The translations under genes and the position numbers were made by a program. A stretch of 63,867 nt of DNA, the filler included, from Reticulomyxa filosa (lineage: Eukaryota > Protista > Foraminifera): the NCBI GenBank assembly GCA_000512085.1. It is 13 parts of 13 records of this genome, joined end to end, with 100 filler letters (N's around TTAATTAATTAA, not from the genome) between each part and the next. Parts side by side here need not be neighbours in the genome. Positions count along the whole stretch, not along the records: positions 50,699 to 56,382 come from ASPP01001174.1; positions 56,483 to 58,597 come from ASPP01031132.1; positions 58,698 to 60,188 come from ASPP01030450.1; positions 60,289 to 62,767 come from ASPP01014893.1; positions 62,868 to 63,867 come from ASPP01050213.1; 8 more parts are not named here. One strand, given 5' to 3'. A model generated the notes under the pieces. The model was given only the letters and a program-made list of their open reading frames with translations, did no database searches and was not told the DNA's origin. Shown one piece after another: positions 50,900 through 63,131 of the stretch (position 1 is its first letter; each line of letters opens with the position of its first letter).

Positions 50900-52600
50900 A
50901 TACTTGTAAAAAAAAAGATAAATTAATTTTAAAAAATTATAATGAGTACTACGACAATACCATACTTGAACACGAGTTTGATCTAAAACTTTCTGTGCTT
51001 GCTCATATAGAAAACTTTGCAAGCCAATCAACTCTCGATAGTCGGCTTGTCAATGATAATACGGCGACTTATTTTTACCACAATTGAATATTATACTGCC
51101 ATTGCTGTCGCTTATGCCAGCATTCACACTAACATTGAGATTGATATAGGCATGTGCGTTTGTATTTGCAATAGCAGTGACATTAGTGCTTGCAGTACTA
51201 CCACTAGTAATAATAGTGGTAGTGATTGAATGTACATTTATGGCATACGACGTGTTATTGCTTGTACTTGCATTTACAATGTAATGCATGTAGCTGTTGG
51301 CCATTGCAGCGGAGGAAGACAGAACAAGACAAGAAGTAGCAACATTAGTGGAAGATATATGTATATTTGTGGCGACAGCGGCAACACTGTATCCAGTATA
51401 TTTAGTAGTGGTGCCGTTTCAAAGCTTGGGCACCTTATTGAGAACACCTAACTTTTCGTGAATTGCATTGACAGACAATACATCAGCGCTGTGTTTACAT
51501 CTTCTTTTTCGTCTTCGTACATTTACTACTCGAACATGCTTTCTAATCTGTTTCGGTATATCTACGATCACATTGACCGTCTGTTCCTATACTGTTCAGA
51601 TGCGTTGTTGCGCGTAAACTGCGGATTCTCGACGACTGCATTGAACTCGAATTGACAATGTTTGCAATCGCCGCGACCGGTGCGACACGCCATCCAGCTG
51701 TCCCAAGAGTGCTCTGTTTTCGGGTTGCTGCAGACAAACAAACTCTTGCATTTTGCGATAAAATTAGTTGTCCAACAAATGCGTGAACATTCCATCGACA
51801 ATGGAGGATATTTATCCGGACATAAACACAATGATGGCCGAGTATGTGCCTTGCTTAGTGTCAACATCTGGCTGGGACATACCGCTAATGTTGTGTGACG
51901 CGAGTTTCAAATCAGGTGGCAACTGGTTGCTATTGTGATTTGCATCGGACGATGTTTACAAAGTGTAGACATCGACTACGCATGCTTCGCAAATGTGGAA
52001 TAGCAAAAACTTGACAAGCGACTTGACGTATACTTGCGACCACTTGTCTTTGTTGTGTTCGAAGACAGCACCCTTTTTTTTTCATTGAATTTATAACGTG
52101 CAAACATATAATTTATTTTTTTTGTAAACAAATGACAAAGTGGTTTTTACACACACGTACATATTCACCACATACCAAAGTTGGGGCTCGATGGTGAAAA
52201 TGGTGGAAGGCTTGACGTGACAGAATCTAGTCTGACCATCAAATTTAACAGCGTTTCTGAATGGCGGAAGTGCAAAGCATTTGTGATAAAACAAGGTCGA
52301 TGCGAAACTACTCTCGGCAGAATCAGTCGTCGACCACGTGAGCTTGCTCATTCCATCTTTAAATACTTGCTTGCCAAACTTGGTATTATGAGCGTACACA
52401 CAACTTTCGATGGTACCATTGCAGTATTTCAACACGTGCTGATGTGAGAAATCCCAAACCAGCGATGGAACGCGTATATATACCAAATTGTTCAAGGTGG
52501 TTTCTTTCACTGTCCACGTTTTGCAAGAATGGTGACTTGTAGTTGGCGCTCTTCTCATACTCCTTCTTGTCTTCATTAGCTCAGGTTTCTGTCAAGCAAG
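50900..52600 (-). pseudogene. Decayed gene of unknown family
   Basis: ORF 52091-52576 continues after an intron-like poly-A tract as a protein-like frame interrupted by several stops. Confidence 0.45.
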
Positions 52601-53319
52601 ATCATGCACAAAGAATCAAATCATCAAAGAATAAAATGATAATAGTTGTTCGGTTTTGTTTTTAACTAACAAGCGAGGCATCCGGCTTTTGCAAATTGAA
52701 CAAAAAGTCATTGTTGCGCGATATCACCTCGTCCAACAATTCGTATCGCACATTGCTTCGTTTCGTCGCTGTCTTGTAAAACAGTTCGTTCAATCGTCTC
52801 CAGTCTACCGTTTGGGTGTTCAACTCATTCAATATTGTCTCGCTTGTGGATTGTTCTATGCTTGTGCTTTCTTCTGATGTCTACATCAGGTTCAATACAG
52901 CTTTTTTTTTAGGAAAAAAAATGTACAGAAAAAAGATATTACCATGACCATTCTTCAATAAGGTTTTTTTTACTACGAAAAACTGAACCCTTCTGAAAAA
53001 ACGAGATATTGTAGAACTTTCAACAACCCTAAAAATCCGAATTCAATGTTTCTAAAATCTCCAAAGATACTTAACTTGCATATTGTGTGATTGGTGGATT
53101 ATTTTCCTTTAATACAATTCTCACATACTCTTTACAATTAACCTCTTTATTATATATATATGTATATCTCTTATTAAACGCTTTTTGACAGAAAGTTTGT
53201 AAATTCTTTATTGTTATTTGTATCTAATCTCTTTGTTTTATTTTTAGTATTTCCTGCATTAATATTTCAAGTATCATGCATTCTATCATTACATGAGTTA
53301 TAGATTATATCATTTTTGG

Positions 53320-54420
53320 TTGCACTAAATAAATTTTTCATTTTCTTTTGTATTTTTCCGTTTTTGTTGTTGTTACTTTTACAAAAGCGGCAATCTGTTG
53401 TGTATGTTGACTCCTTTTATCGGCTTATACTTTCGTGATGCTTCTTCACTATCAGTCATGCACACTATTAAACTGCATGATTGCGAGCTTTGTATCTTTT
53501 GCTTATTTGTCTTATATTTTGTGCACATTATCACATCTTTTATTTGCTTATTTCATTGTGATAATGCTATGTCCCATAATTGTAACATATTATATTCTCC
53601 ATTCTTTTGTATATGTCTATTGAGTAGCTGTTATATTTCATTTACTGTATAATTTGTATGTTCTGCTTATTGTATTCATATTCCGTAGTAGCATATTTAT
53701 TTTCATTTATAATTTTGTAGTACCACTATCATTGATATCATTGCAGCGTATCTTGCTACTATATATGCATTATTTTTTTATGTTAGATTGCCTCAATCTT
53801 CTTCATTCAGGTATTATTTAGTTTGCATATTTGTGTTCCGTACTCCAGTATCGGCATTATAACTTGTTTATAGTATTTCAACTGGCAACTTTCCCTCATA
53901 TAATCACTTGTAGACAATTCTTTGTACTTTACACTATTTATTATTGAAAGATTTCAGATCAAGTGTTATTCATAGATATTTGAATTCTTTCGTTTCCACC
54001 GGTAGTAACAGTTGTTCTAGTTTTATTTCCTTTTTCGATTTATTAATGTTAATTTGTTCTTTTTTACATTTATTTTCAATTTCCATTTGTTGTAATAATC
54101 TTGTATTATATTTAATATCTCATTTAGTTTTTTTTGGTTTGTGCACATATTACCAAGTTATCCATATATAATATATATTTTAGTTGATATTGTTTCCTTT
54201 ATTATTGTAATCAAGTTATTTATATATATACTAAAAAGGGGTCAACTTGTCGCATATCCTTGTCTATTTCATCTTTCTACATTTATGATTTTTCCTCTTA
54301 TACGCTTATCTCAGGTAGGGCATGTTCTATGATATGATTATTTTGTTTAATATAATCTTGTCCGTAATTGATAACTTTATTATAATTCCTCTGTATTCAA
54401 ATATTTTAGTTAGATATCAA
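53320..54420 (-). mobile_element. Non-LTR retrotransposon reverse-transcriptase relic
   Basis: In order: INVER*NRQGYATS*PLFSIYINNL, ILYMDNLVICA (54157-54168, YxDD site), YYNKWKLKINVKK, EFKYL*ITLD, YKQVIMPILEYG, and a C-terminal CRFC. Confidence 0.82.
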
Positions 54421-55232
54421 GTGACAGAAAAAGCTCAAAATATCATGCAAAAGAGTCATATTTTGATTGCCCTCGTCAAAGTGCATGCACTAGACAAGGA
54501 TTCGAGCTAAATAATGGGATAATTTTTGATCAATACAATTGATCCAAAACATCAATCCAGGTTTAAAATGAATTTCATTGCAACCTAAAATAGTTATACA
54601 AAAAAATTGATAATTACGATTTAACTTGTTTCTTCTCCAAAAAAAAACTCGTTCATTTTATCACAAACAAGTTTAGAATGAACATTACAAAAAAAACAAA
54701 AAAATAGACACAAAAAACAATTTTTGTATTGTTTCTATTTCTGTATCCTACTACATTCAAGAAATATTACACATTTCAATGATAGTTATAAAATAATTAA
54801 TAAATTTGTCCTCAATTATAATAACCTTCCAAATAAATAATCAAAAGCAATGTAGTTTTTTTTCTTGAAATGTAAAAAAATACTCCATTTTTTTTTGGGC
54901 AACGTTTAATATGCCAACAAAGTTACTTATGTTGATTGATTTTTAGATCAAAAAATTATCAACAAAAATTTTGTCTTTTGAAATGTACAAATTTGTAATT
55001 GAACACTTTTCAATAAACTTAAAAAATTTGTAAGAAATTGTTTAAAACTTTATCAAATATATTATTTTGTATTTATTTGAAGCAAAAAACCAAAATTCGA
55101 TTGAGTAAGAAATTTCTAGAAAAGTAATCTCTAAAAAAATCTAGTAATCAAAAAATCTACTTCAAAAAAAAAACTTGCATAGAATTTCATTGTCCAAATC
55201 TTGTTAGCCGCATTACATTGCAACTTGTTGAC

Positions 55233-56340
55233 ATGACGATCGGAGTGGCTTCCAAGTATCGACTTACCAATCCTGCCAATTATCCACAGCATCCGACGGA
55301 CAAATCTTCAGTTCATGCCACAAACACACTTCGATTATACTATACGTATCCAAATATTAAAAACACATGTCATCTATCTTTTGCTTTGCTTCCTTTTTCA
55401 CAAATATAATGACATACACATTTCTTTGAAGTGGCAACCTTGGAACTACAACGAAAAGATCCGCCAAAAGTATCCAACAATGAAGATAGGATATAGCAAA
55501 CTGTTGTCTGTAAGAATATCAAGAGTGAGAGGAATAAAAGCAAAAACAAAAATAAATTATGAGTGGTTTGTATGTTGCGGAATGGAGGTGATAACGATGA
55601 TGGACAGTAACGTGAGCACTGATAAATTGAACATATGGCTGAACAGTCGAGCGGAGCAAATGAACGCATTACGCGAGATAAACGAGCGACTAAAGCACAA
55701 CGAGCCAGTCTGCTGAAGTGTGTTTGTGAACAACAGCAATTGGTTTGCGCCCAACGGCTTGTATTCTTACATCAGACAAGTGTTTGCGTCGATCCGCAAT
55801 TGCCGAGTGATCTACGCGCAGATAGATTGCGACCGAGAAATGGTGGGCTACGCAAGTGTGTTTGGAAACCAGTGCTACGCCATCGCGGGCAATGATATCG
55901 ACTTTTTCATGCTCGATGTGCCGTTGCACATTCAACTAAGTTTGCCTCGCTTCAATCATCGAACAAAATGTCTTGATTTTGTGTGTTATCATCATGACTT
56001 TTTGTCTGCCGTTCAGTTGTGAGATTAACAAAAACAAAAACAAAATAGGATTGGGAAAAGTATATTGTATATGATGAATAAATAAAAAATATTTGTGTAT
56101 ATAAATATATATAACAACTCAGATGAAATGAAACAACAACTACATCAATCAGCATCGATCTTCTGCTTTGATGTGTTAGACAAGAGTGATGGTCGCATGA
56201 CGATGCTCTTGGATCAACATTATTGTTGTAATAGATCACATGTGGACATTGTCGCCCTACTTGAGAGGATTGGAACATAGACAATAATGTCAAAAAAAAA
56301 ATACATTGTGAAATAAGCACCAATACTGACACCAGCCCGC
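55233..56340 (+). pseudogene. FAM120/Asteroid-type PIN-like domain gene with premature stops
   Basis: EVITMMDS..DKLNIWLNSR, WFAPNGLYSYIRQVF, IDCDREMVGYA, CYAIAGNDIDFFMLDVP. In-frame TGA at 55714-55716. Confidence 0.65.
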
Positions 56341-56482
56341 CAATTGGAAAATCTTAACCCAAGTTTGTATATAAATATATATNNNNNNNNNNNNNNNNNN
56401 NNNNNNNNNNNNNNNNNNNNNNNNNNTTAATTAATTAANNNNNNNNNNNNNNNNNNNNNNNNNNNNNNNNNNNNNNNNNNNN

Positions 56483-57261
56483 CATCCTCCTCTTCATCCT
56501 CATTGTTGTCATGACCGTGGCTGTGGTCATGATCATGGCCAGGGGTGACATGATTGTCAACCACTGCTTTCTCTTCGTTTTCTTTTTCCAGTCGCTTCTG
56601 CTTGGACGAACGCTTCGTGGTATTCGGCTGCTTTATCCAAGCGTCTTCCAATGCTGTCTTGTCGCCAAACGTTCGAATCGTGGCTTTCTCTTGGGTCAGT
56701 TCAAAGATCTGATCGCTCAGCAGTCTCACGACCTCACGCAACCGCACCATCTCTGCCGCTGTCGCGCTCGCCAATTGTTGCTTGCTTTCCGTTACTTTTC
56801 ATTTTTGTTTTTGTTCTTGCTTGGAGGACAACCCAATCAAAATGAGCACACGTATCATACACATATACATAATATGCACATACACACATACATACATATA
56901 CACATATATATATGTATATATAAATGTATATACATATACATATATGTATAAACTTATTGCTATACAAAACAAAACTAAGTGCTAATTCGGATCGCAGATT
57001 ATCCAATGATCCTCGCAGCTTTGAAATCAACACAGAATCTCCGTGATACTTTTCGCTCACCAATGAATTTAAAGCTGTCTCCAACTCATTCACGCGGTCT
57101 TCTTCCACCATTAGCTGCATCTTCGCGTGGTTCAATTCAATTTGAGTCTCTCTCATTTTTTCTTCACTTATCCAAGGCCATTGGCTCACACTCAAGCGCT
57201 TTGAGGTTCTTTTCTCATTTTTGAAAAGTAATGATATACTTCCTCCTGATGTTCGAAACAT
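56483..57261 (-). CDS. Coiled-coil protein fragment, spliced, 3' partial
   Basis: EEKMRETQIELNHAKMQLMVEEDRVNELETALNSL and AEMVRLREVVRLLSDQIFELTQEK, separated by an (AT)n intron. Confidence 0.55.
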
Positions 57262-57817
57262 GTCCACTATCAAGGCCACAATTGGGACATAAAGTTTTTT
57301 TACGGAAAAAATTCCTATTCGGCGTTTCTTGTGTAGTGCGAGACAACACAGGATATAAGCATGCTTTAAATTATATTTTTTTACACAATAGAGGCATTGA
57401 TTACAGTTTAGTTTACTTGATTGCAAAAGTGGATTACATTTATTATTCTTTTTTTTTTGATGAATTGCGCCGACAGAAATTGGAGAAAAAAAAAAGAAGA
57501 GAAAATGGTTGCAACAACTGTACAAATAAAAAAAAAGTGCAAAAATGGTTTCCAACAATTGAATAATTGTGAACAACTCATTTAATTTATTTGTCTTGCC
57601 TTGGCAAATCAGACAAGGTCTTGACACTCTCAAAAAAAAACCAAAAAAAAAAAATCATAACAGAATATACAATATATAATTTGAACAAAAGTGAGTAGCG
57701 ACAGTTTCAATAACGCCCTAAGGTGCAATCTTTCACAAATACATAAATATATATAATATATATGTACATATATACGTATACACGTATATATATATATGTA
57801 TATGTACATATATGAAA

Positions 57818-58558
57818 TCAGCAAATGAATTTGAACAGGAGCAGCACAAGGACAAGAGCGGTCAAGCTGGGATTGGAGAAGCTCACAGCAGCACTGGTAT
57901 TTCCCGAGCCTACAGTAGTGATTATATTTGAAGTGGTTGTAGAATGAAAGCCCTCGACCTTAGAGGTAGTTGTATCTCCAACAGAAGAAGAAGAAGAAGA
58001 TGTTGATATTGATGTTGATGTTGAAATGGAAGTGGAGGAGGTTGGGACCGGAGTAGTTGTTGAAGTGGAAGTACCTGAAAGAGTAGTGGTCGTGGCCGAA
58101 TTGGCAACACAATCACAGCACGGCGTGGTATCAATGGGAATAGAATTCTTGATGCAATCGGGCCATGAGGAGTAGGGTCCCTTCAACGCGTCGCTGCCGA
58201 AGCCATTCATTACTTCAAAGTGATGTGGATACGTACCGTTCAAAGCCCTGGAGCTCAGTCCTACACTGGACCACGTCATGGCCGAGTTGAACTTGTCACT
58301 CATCGCCGTCAGCGCTATGTTCCCGCCATCTGCCAGGAACATTCCATACTTTTGCAGCGCTCGCAGCACCACTTGTGCCTGCTTCGAAAACTTTTGCATG
58401 TTAAAGTCCGCCTTTAATCGCCAGCGGCTTCCGTACACTACGCTGTACATATTCGTCGAATTCGGTGCCCCGTAGTGGCTTCCCGGGTGGATGTAATACC
58501 CTTTACGCATTCGGCTGTTCGGCAAAATGAAGCGAATTGCATGTTTTATTTCACCACT
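57818..58558 (-). CDS. Last exon of a surface protein: bacterial-type globular domain + Ser/Thr stalk + GPI-signal-like tail
   Basis: Frame extends upstream as SGEIKHAIRFILPNSR..YIHPGSH..YGSRWRLKADF..AQVVLRALQKYGMFLADGGNIALT, then a S/T tract and terminal LTALVLVLLLFKFIC*. Preceded by a poly-A tract ending AG. Confidence 0.8.
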   Translation of the reverse strand, partial: SGEIKHAIRFILPNSRMRKGYYIHPGSHYGAPNSTNMYSVVYGSRWRLKADFNMQKFSKQAQVVLRALQKYGMFLADGGNIALTAMSDKFNSAMTWSSVGLSSRALNGTYPHHFEVMNGFGSDALKGPYSSWPDCIKNSIPIDTTPCCDCVANSATTTTLSGTSTSTTTPVPTSSTSISTSTSISTSSSSSSVGDTTTSKVEGFHSTTTSNIITTVGSGNTSAAVSFSNPSLTALVLVLLLFKFIC

Positions 58559-58559
58559 C

Positions 58560-58597
<38 letters not shown>

Positions 58598-58697
58598 NNN
58601 NNNNNNNNNNNNNNNNNNNNNNNNNNNNNNNNNNNNNNNNNTTAATTAATTAANNNNNNNNNNNNNNNNNNNNNNNNNNNNNNNNNNNNNNNNNNNN

Positions 58698-59585
58698 CGA
58701 GTTGCTGTATTTGGCTGCGTTTTCCTTGACACTGCCTATCTTCTCGTTAGCCTTTGTGGCGGGCGAAAGGTCAAGTTTCATGCAGGTGGTAGCGGCGACA
58801 TCGACCGGAACAAGCCGGTCGCCCTGCTGTGTAAGAAGTTGGACGACTTGCCAGTAGCCGCTGGTGCCCGCTTCTTTTGTATCCTCGCCAACATCTTGGT
58901 CCGCCATCGGCGCAGCCGCAGGAAAGTCACCGGACGAAGCCGGCTGCTCCGCCTCGGGTGCAGTATCCGTCGATGCCAATCCACCAGCACCAGTGAGCCG
59001 TTGACGTTCCGCCGCGATATTGGCGGCCTCGACATTGCTCCAAAAGTCGGCATCCGAGCGGACATACTCGATCATGCGATCCTGAAAGGCTTGCCGCGCT
59101 TCGATTGTTGCCTTGATCTGCTCCCACTGGGTATCGTGCCACGCTTCGGCCGCCTTGGCTCCAAACGAGAACCCGAGGTCGGCGCATACCTTTGCCGCCT
59201 GACCTGCTTTTTCCGCTTCTCGCCCCTTCGAGACGACCAGTACACCACCCCCACATACCGCTCCACTCACCGCTGCGGTCGCGCCCGCGAACTTGAGTTC
59301 TTTGAGTGCCAAGGATTTGGCCATCTCGCGGGGCATACCTTTTTCGACAATGCGGTCGTTGAAGGTCGCAGCGAACGAGAAGGTCTCCGCAGCCACCGTA
59401 GGGCCAACGCCCGTGGGCTTGAGGATTCCGCCTGGCTCGGCCAGGAGACCACGAATTGTCACCCCAGCGCCGAGACCATCAGAAACGGTCTTGTAAAAGG
59501 ACTCCTCGTCTTCGGCTCTCGCCGGCTGGGATCCAACGAACCATGAGGTGAATACGAGCATGGCTACCAAGAGCGCCTTGAGCAT
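58698..59585 (-). CDS. Bacterial secreted hypothetical protein, 3' partial
   Basis: GC-rich, intronless. Sec-type signal MLKALLVAMLVFTSWFVGSQPARA/EDEE; Gly/Ala-rich helices. Confidence 0.75.
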
Positions 59586-59649
59586 CGTTTAAACCGTCCC
59601 GCTGGAAATCCACGAGATGTAAAGGCGACGTTACTTGATTAGAGTACGA

Positions 59650-60188
59650 TCAAAATGCTTCCAAAGGGACGACAAGGTCCACCGCACAGGCGCCTGAGCT
59701 TTTTTTGAATCGTGTTTGAAAGCTGAACCGCCCCGTCTGGGTCTCAGTGGTGACAAGAAGCGCCGATGTGTCGTCTTCTGTAAATCGGAACGGCTTCAGC
59801 TTCTTTTGCATTTCCGGTCCAATCTCAGACGAGACCTCGTGATATCTGGCTATGTCCTTGGCGAAGTTTTTGAGCGCTCCGTAACAGTCGCTCTTCGTGA
59901 TGCGCGCCAGACCGTCAAAATACATGGCGAAGGCCCGGATCAAGTCCTTCTGGTTGTCCATTTCTGCCGCCTGCGTTTCCTGTTTAACGAACGGATCAAT
60001 CGACGGCGCGGCATCAGTCAGCGAATGCATCATGCGACGAGCCAAACCCATCCCGATCTCATAGTTCAACACGAGGGCGTTCACGGGCTGCGGTGGAGCG
60101 AGGTTGATGCCCAGATCCGTCGCCAGCGATCTTACGGACCGGAAATAGGCAAAGTCCCGTGAAGTCGTGCGGTCGATCTGAACCAATG
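59650..60188 (-). CDS. Bacterial hypothetical protein, 5' partial
   Basis: 178-aa open frame from the contig edge, co-oriented with and 64 nt upstream of the next gene. Confidence 0.7.
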
Positions 60189-60350
60189 NNNNNNNNNNNN
60201 NNNNNNNNNNNNNNNNNNNNNNNNNNNNNNNNTTAATTAATTAANNNNNNNNNNNNNNNNNNNNNNNNNNNNNNNNNNNNNNNNNNNNAAAAAAAAAAAA
60301 AGTGCAAGATCGACTCTTTTTTTTTTTTTTTTGGTTTCACCTAATATTTC

Positions 60351-60659
60351 TTGCATTTCGGATCTAAAAAGGGAACAGATACGAAAGCCACGTCAGCAGT
60401 ACAATTGAAACTCCAAAAGTCGGAAATTGACATGGCCGTTTGGCTGTCTTTGCAGGACTTGGACAAATTGCTAAACAGAAAAGAGGAAATCTGGAACAGC
60501 GACACACAAGTCGCAAAAAGTGGCTTCGATTGTGACAACCAAGAAATTTTGGTTGACTTGAAATGGCTTTGTGGCACGTATCCCAACAAGTTGTCACAAG
60601 GAATCGCACGAGGACATGAATGGGCACTTAAGAAAGTTTTAGAGCAAGAAAAATTCTAA
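60351..60659 (+). CDS. C-terminal exon of a probable NUDT17-like Nudix hydrolase
   Basis: LKLQKSEIDMAVWL resembles the Nudix C-terminal LxxxxxEVxxxxW motif; the GTYPN..GIARGH tail resembles protist NUDT17-like proteins as I recall them. Nudix box absent from this contig. Confidence 0.45.
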   Translation: MHFGSKKGTDTKATSAVQLKLQKSEIDMAVWLSLQDLDKLLNRKEEIWNSDTQVAKSGFDCDNQEILVDLKWLCGTYPNKLSQGIARGHEWALKKVLEQEKF

Positions 60660-61354
60660 GCTCATACTTTTTGTCTTGCATTACACAAGATTTACACAAC
60701 ACATACTAACTTTTCACTATAAAGTATACCTTTTTCTTTTTTTTCAATGCCTGTTTTTCCTTTCCTTCCCCAACACAATTCAAATAAACTTTAGTAAATG
60801 CAACTTGTTAAAAACATATTTTCCTTATTCACACTACCCCTACTTAAAAAGACCTGATATCAAATCATCAGGTTCTTTTTAAGTTAATCTTAAGCTTATT
60901 TAAACATTTCGTGGGCCATGTTGTTCATATTTTTATTAAAATCACACACTTTTAGATCCTCATGATCTGTAGATATTTTTAAATTTTGATTTTTTCACAA
61001 CACTTACTTTGCTTTTTCAACTCAGAACGTAGCAATGCAGAAACAAAAACAATTATCTCATGTAATTGTTCCCTCCTCAAGACCAGAGCTAAAGATATAT
61101 CAAATATATGCTTTATACGTGTAATACAATTATATCACGAAAAACTTTGAAACTTGAGCGAGAGCATATTACAGGAAATTTTTAATCCGCATATTATTGT
61201 TGTAGAATAGTATATTATTGGTTTTTAAAAGTTCATTTTTACTTTTACAACTTGGTATTTCTGGTTAAAAATATCACTAAAAAATGGCTTTAGCCTTCTT
61301 TTGTCAGCTGCAAGGGGGCAAGATCATTAAGAACTTTTCATTGGAAGAGATATC

Positions 61355-61809
61355 ATGGCCATGAAAAATCTTGGGCCCGAAGAACAAAAAGAGTTCTTGG
61401 CCTATGTTCGAGATCTAGAAATTAGGTTCTTTTTTCATTTTGTTTCAAGGTCAAGTTTTTCTTTGAAACGTTGCCACACTTTTTTTTGAATCAAGGACAA
61501 ATCGAACACGCTTTACAGAAATCACACAATACTGTTTTGAGTCTTGTGTAAACAAATTTAATTCAAAAGACGTTCAAACCCAGGTTTGATCAAATGGTAT
61601 TTTATGTGAGAGTATTATTTGAAAATTCACGTTCTATTTTGTAAAAACGTTAGAAAACGACTATACAACTTGATTGACACAGAGATGTATGGAATGGTAA
61701 AATATACTAGGAGCGAAAGTGTGTGGAGTCATGTGTTGACAAATATGCTCAAGCATGGGATAGATGTGGTCGTCGATGGGCAGAAATAATGACCTCACAA
61801 AGGCTATAA
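61355..61809 (+). CDS. TIM9: Small Tim chaperone (Tim9-like), 3 exons, absent from the ORF track
   Basis: Exons 61355-61425, 61496-61583, 61711-61809 give MAMKNLGPEEQKEFLAYVRDLEIRTNRTRFTEITQYCFESCVNKFNSKDVQTQERKCVESCVDKYAQAWDRCGRRWAEIMTSQRL*, with twin CX3C. Confidence 0.88.
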
Positions 61810-62236
61810 ATATTCAAAGTCATTTTTTGCTCCAGCATAATTTTTTAAAAATTTTGTGGATGACTTGAATCATTGAACATTTTCATTCCATTTACGAAGA
61901 ATTAGTAAATAAACAGACTTTCTTGCTTCGGAGTTTGAGTCTGTTAATTTGCAATTTATTCAAATAAAACTACTCTTACAATGACTTACATTTCTCGTCA
62001 TCAACAGACATTTTTTTTGCCAAGCAATTGATTTTTATGTTAGTTTTTTTTTACCTTCATTTGCTTTGTTTAAATTTTCATCCAAAAAAAATGTAACGAG
62101 AAATTTCTGGAAATGTCAAACATTTTTTCCGACCATTAAAAGCTCTGAGTCTAGTCCAAGAAAGTAACAAAGAAACAAAAAAAGCACAAATATCGCCGAA
62201 ACTCAAAAAAAAAAAAAAATCTATTTATTACTATCG

Positions 62237-62732
62237 TCATCGTCTCGTTGCTTGGTTTTGTATCCCCAAAACCATTCGTTGTTCTTGGTATTGTAATTGC
62301 CAAACACATTTGAACGAGTGGGGCGTGTCTTGAGCTGAAGAGTCTCCAGTATTAGTGCTGCGAAACCAATTCCAAAATTTGTTAAATCGACGTGGCTTTT
62401 CACTGACAATTTCATCGCGATGAGGTGCATTGTTTGTACGATCTCTAAAAATGGTGTCATCATGCCATGGAAGTAACCGAGAGAATATTCCACCATTGTG
62501 AGAGGGTGGTGCATTATTGGCATCAAACACTTCTTCGACCGTTTCAGTGCGGCCACTGCTATCAGTGGTAGTGGTGATCTTTTTGGTCTGTCCATCGGGA
62601 GTGGTTGTAATGATAGTGGAATGTGAGCGGTAATACGAGTGAGTCGGGATATCTACTGCACTGCCCTCCGAATTGGGCAAATATGGCGAAGGTAATTGTG
62701 GGTTGCAAAGACCAGGATTCTTTATGCCCTCG

Positions 62733-62735
<3 letters not shown>
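62237..62735 (-). CDS. Protein fragment with a HAX1-like C-terminal motif, 5' partial
   Basis: HSYYRSHSTIITTTPDGQTKKITTTTDSSGRTET resembles the HAX1 segment SYFKSISVTKITKPDG..VDSEGRTET (from memory). Confidence 0.45.
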
Positions 62736-62767
<32 letters not shown>

Positions 62768-63131
62768 NNNNNNNNNNNNNNNNNNNNNNNNNNNNNNNNN
62801 NNNNNNNNNNNTTAATTAATTAANNNNNNNNNNNNNNNNNNNNNNNNNNNNNNNNNNNNNNNNNNNNAAAAAATTGTCATATCAAAAAAAAAGGTCCAAC
62901 CAACAAAAAACAAAAAGAAACCAAATATCACAATTTTGATTGACCGAATGCTTGTTTTTTTGCTTTCCAAGACAGGTTTTTTTTTGGCATGTATTTAAAA
63001 AAAATAGAGTAAAAAAAAGACTTTGCTGCGAAAAGCAAGGCTGACAACTAACTTGACAAATTTGTAGGTTACCTTTCCAAAAAAAAAAATCTCAACTCCA
63101 ATAACAGTTTCTTTCTTTTTTTTTCCATTGA

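Noticed and set aside
15272-62867. Regularly recurring TTAATTAATTAA palindrome within N runs
   Set aside because: Artificial six-frame-stop contig linker; ORFs running into X are artefacts, and neighbourhoods across spacers cannot be assumed.
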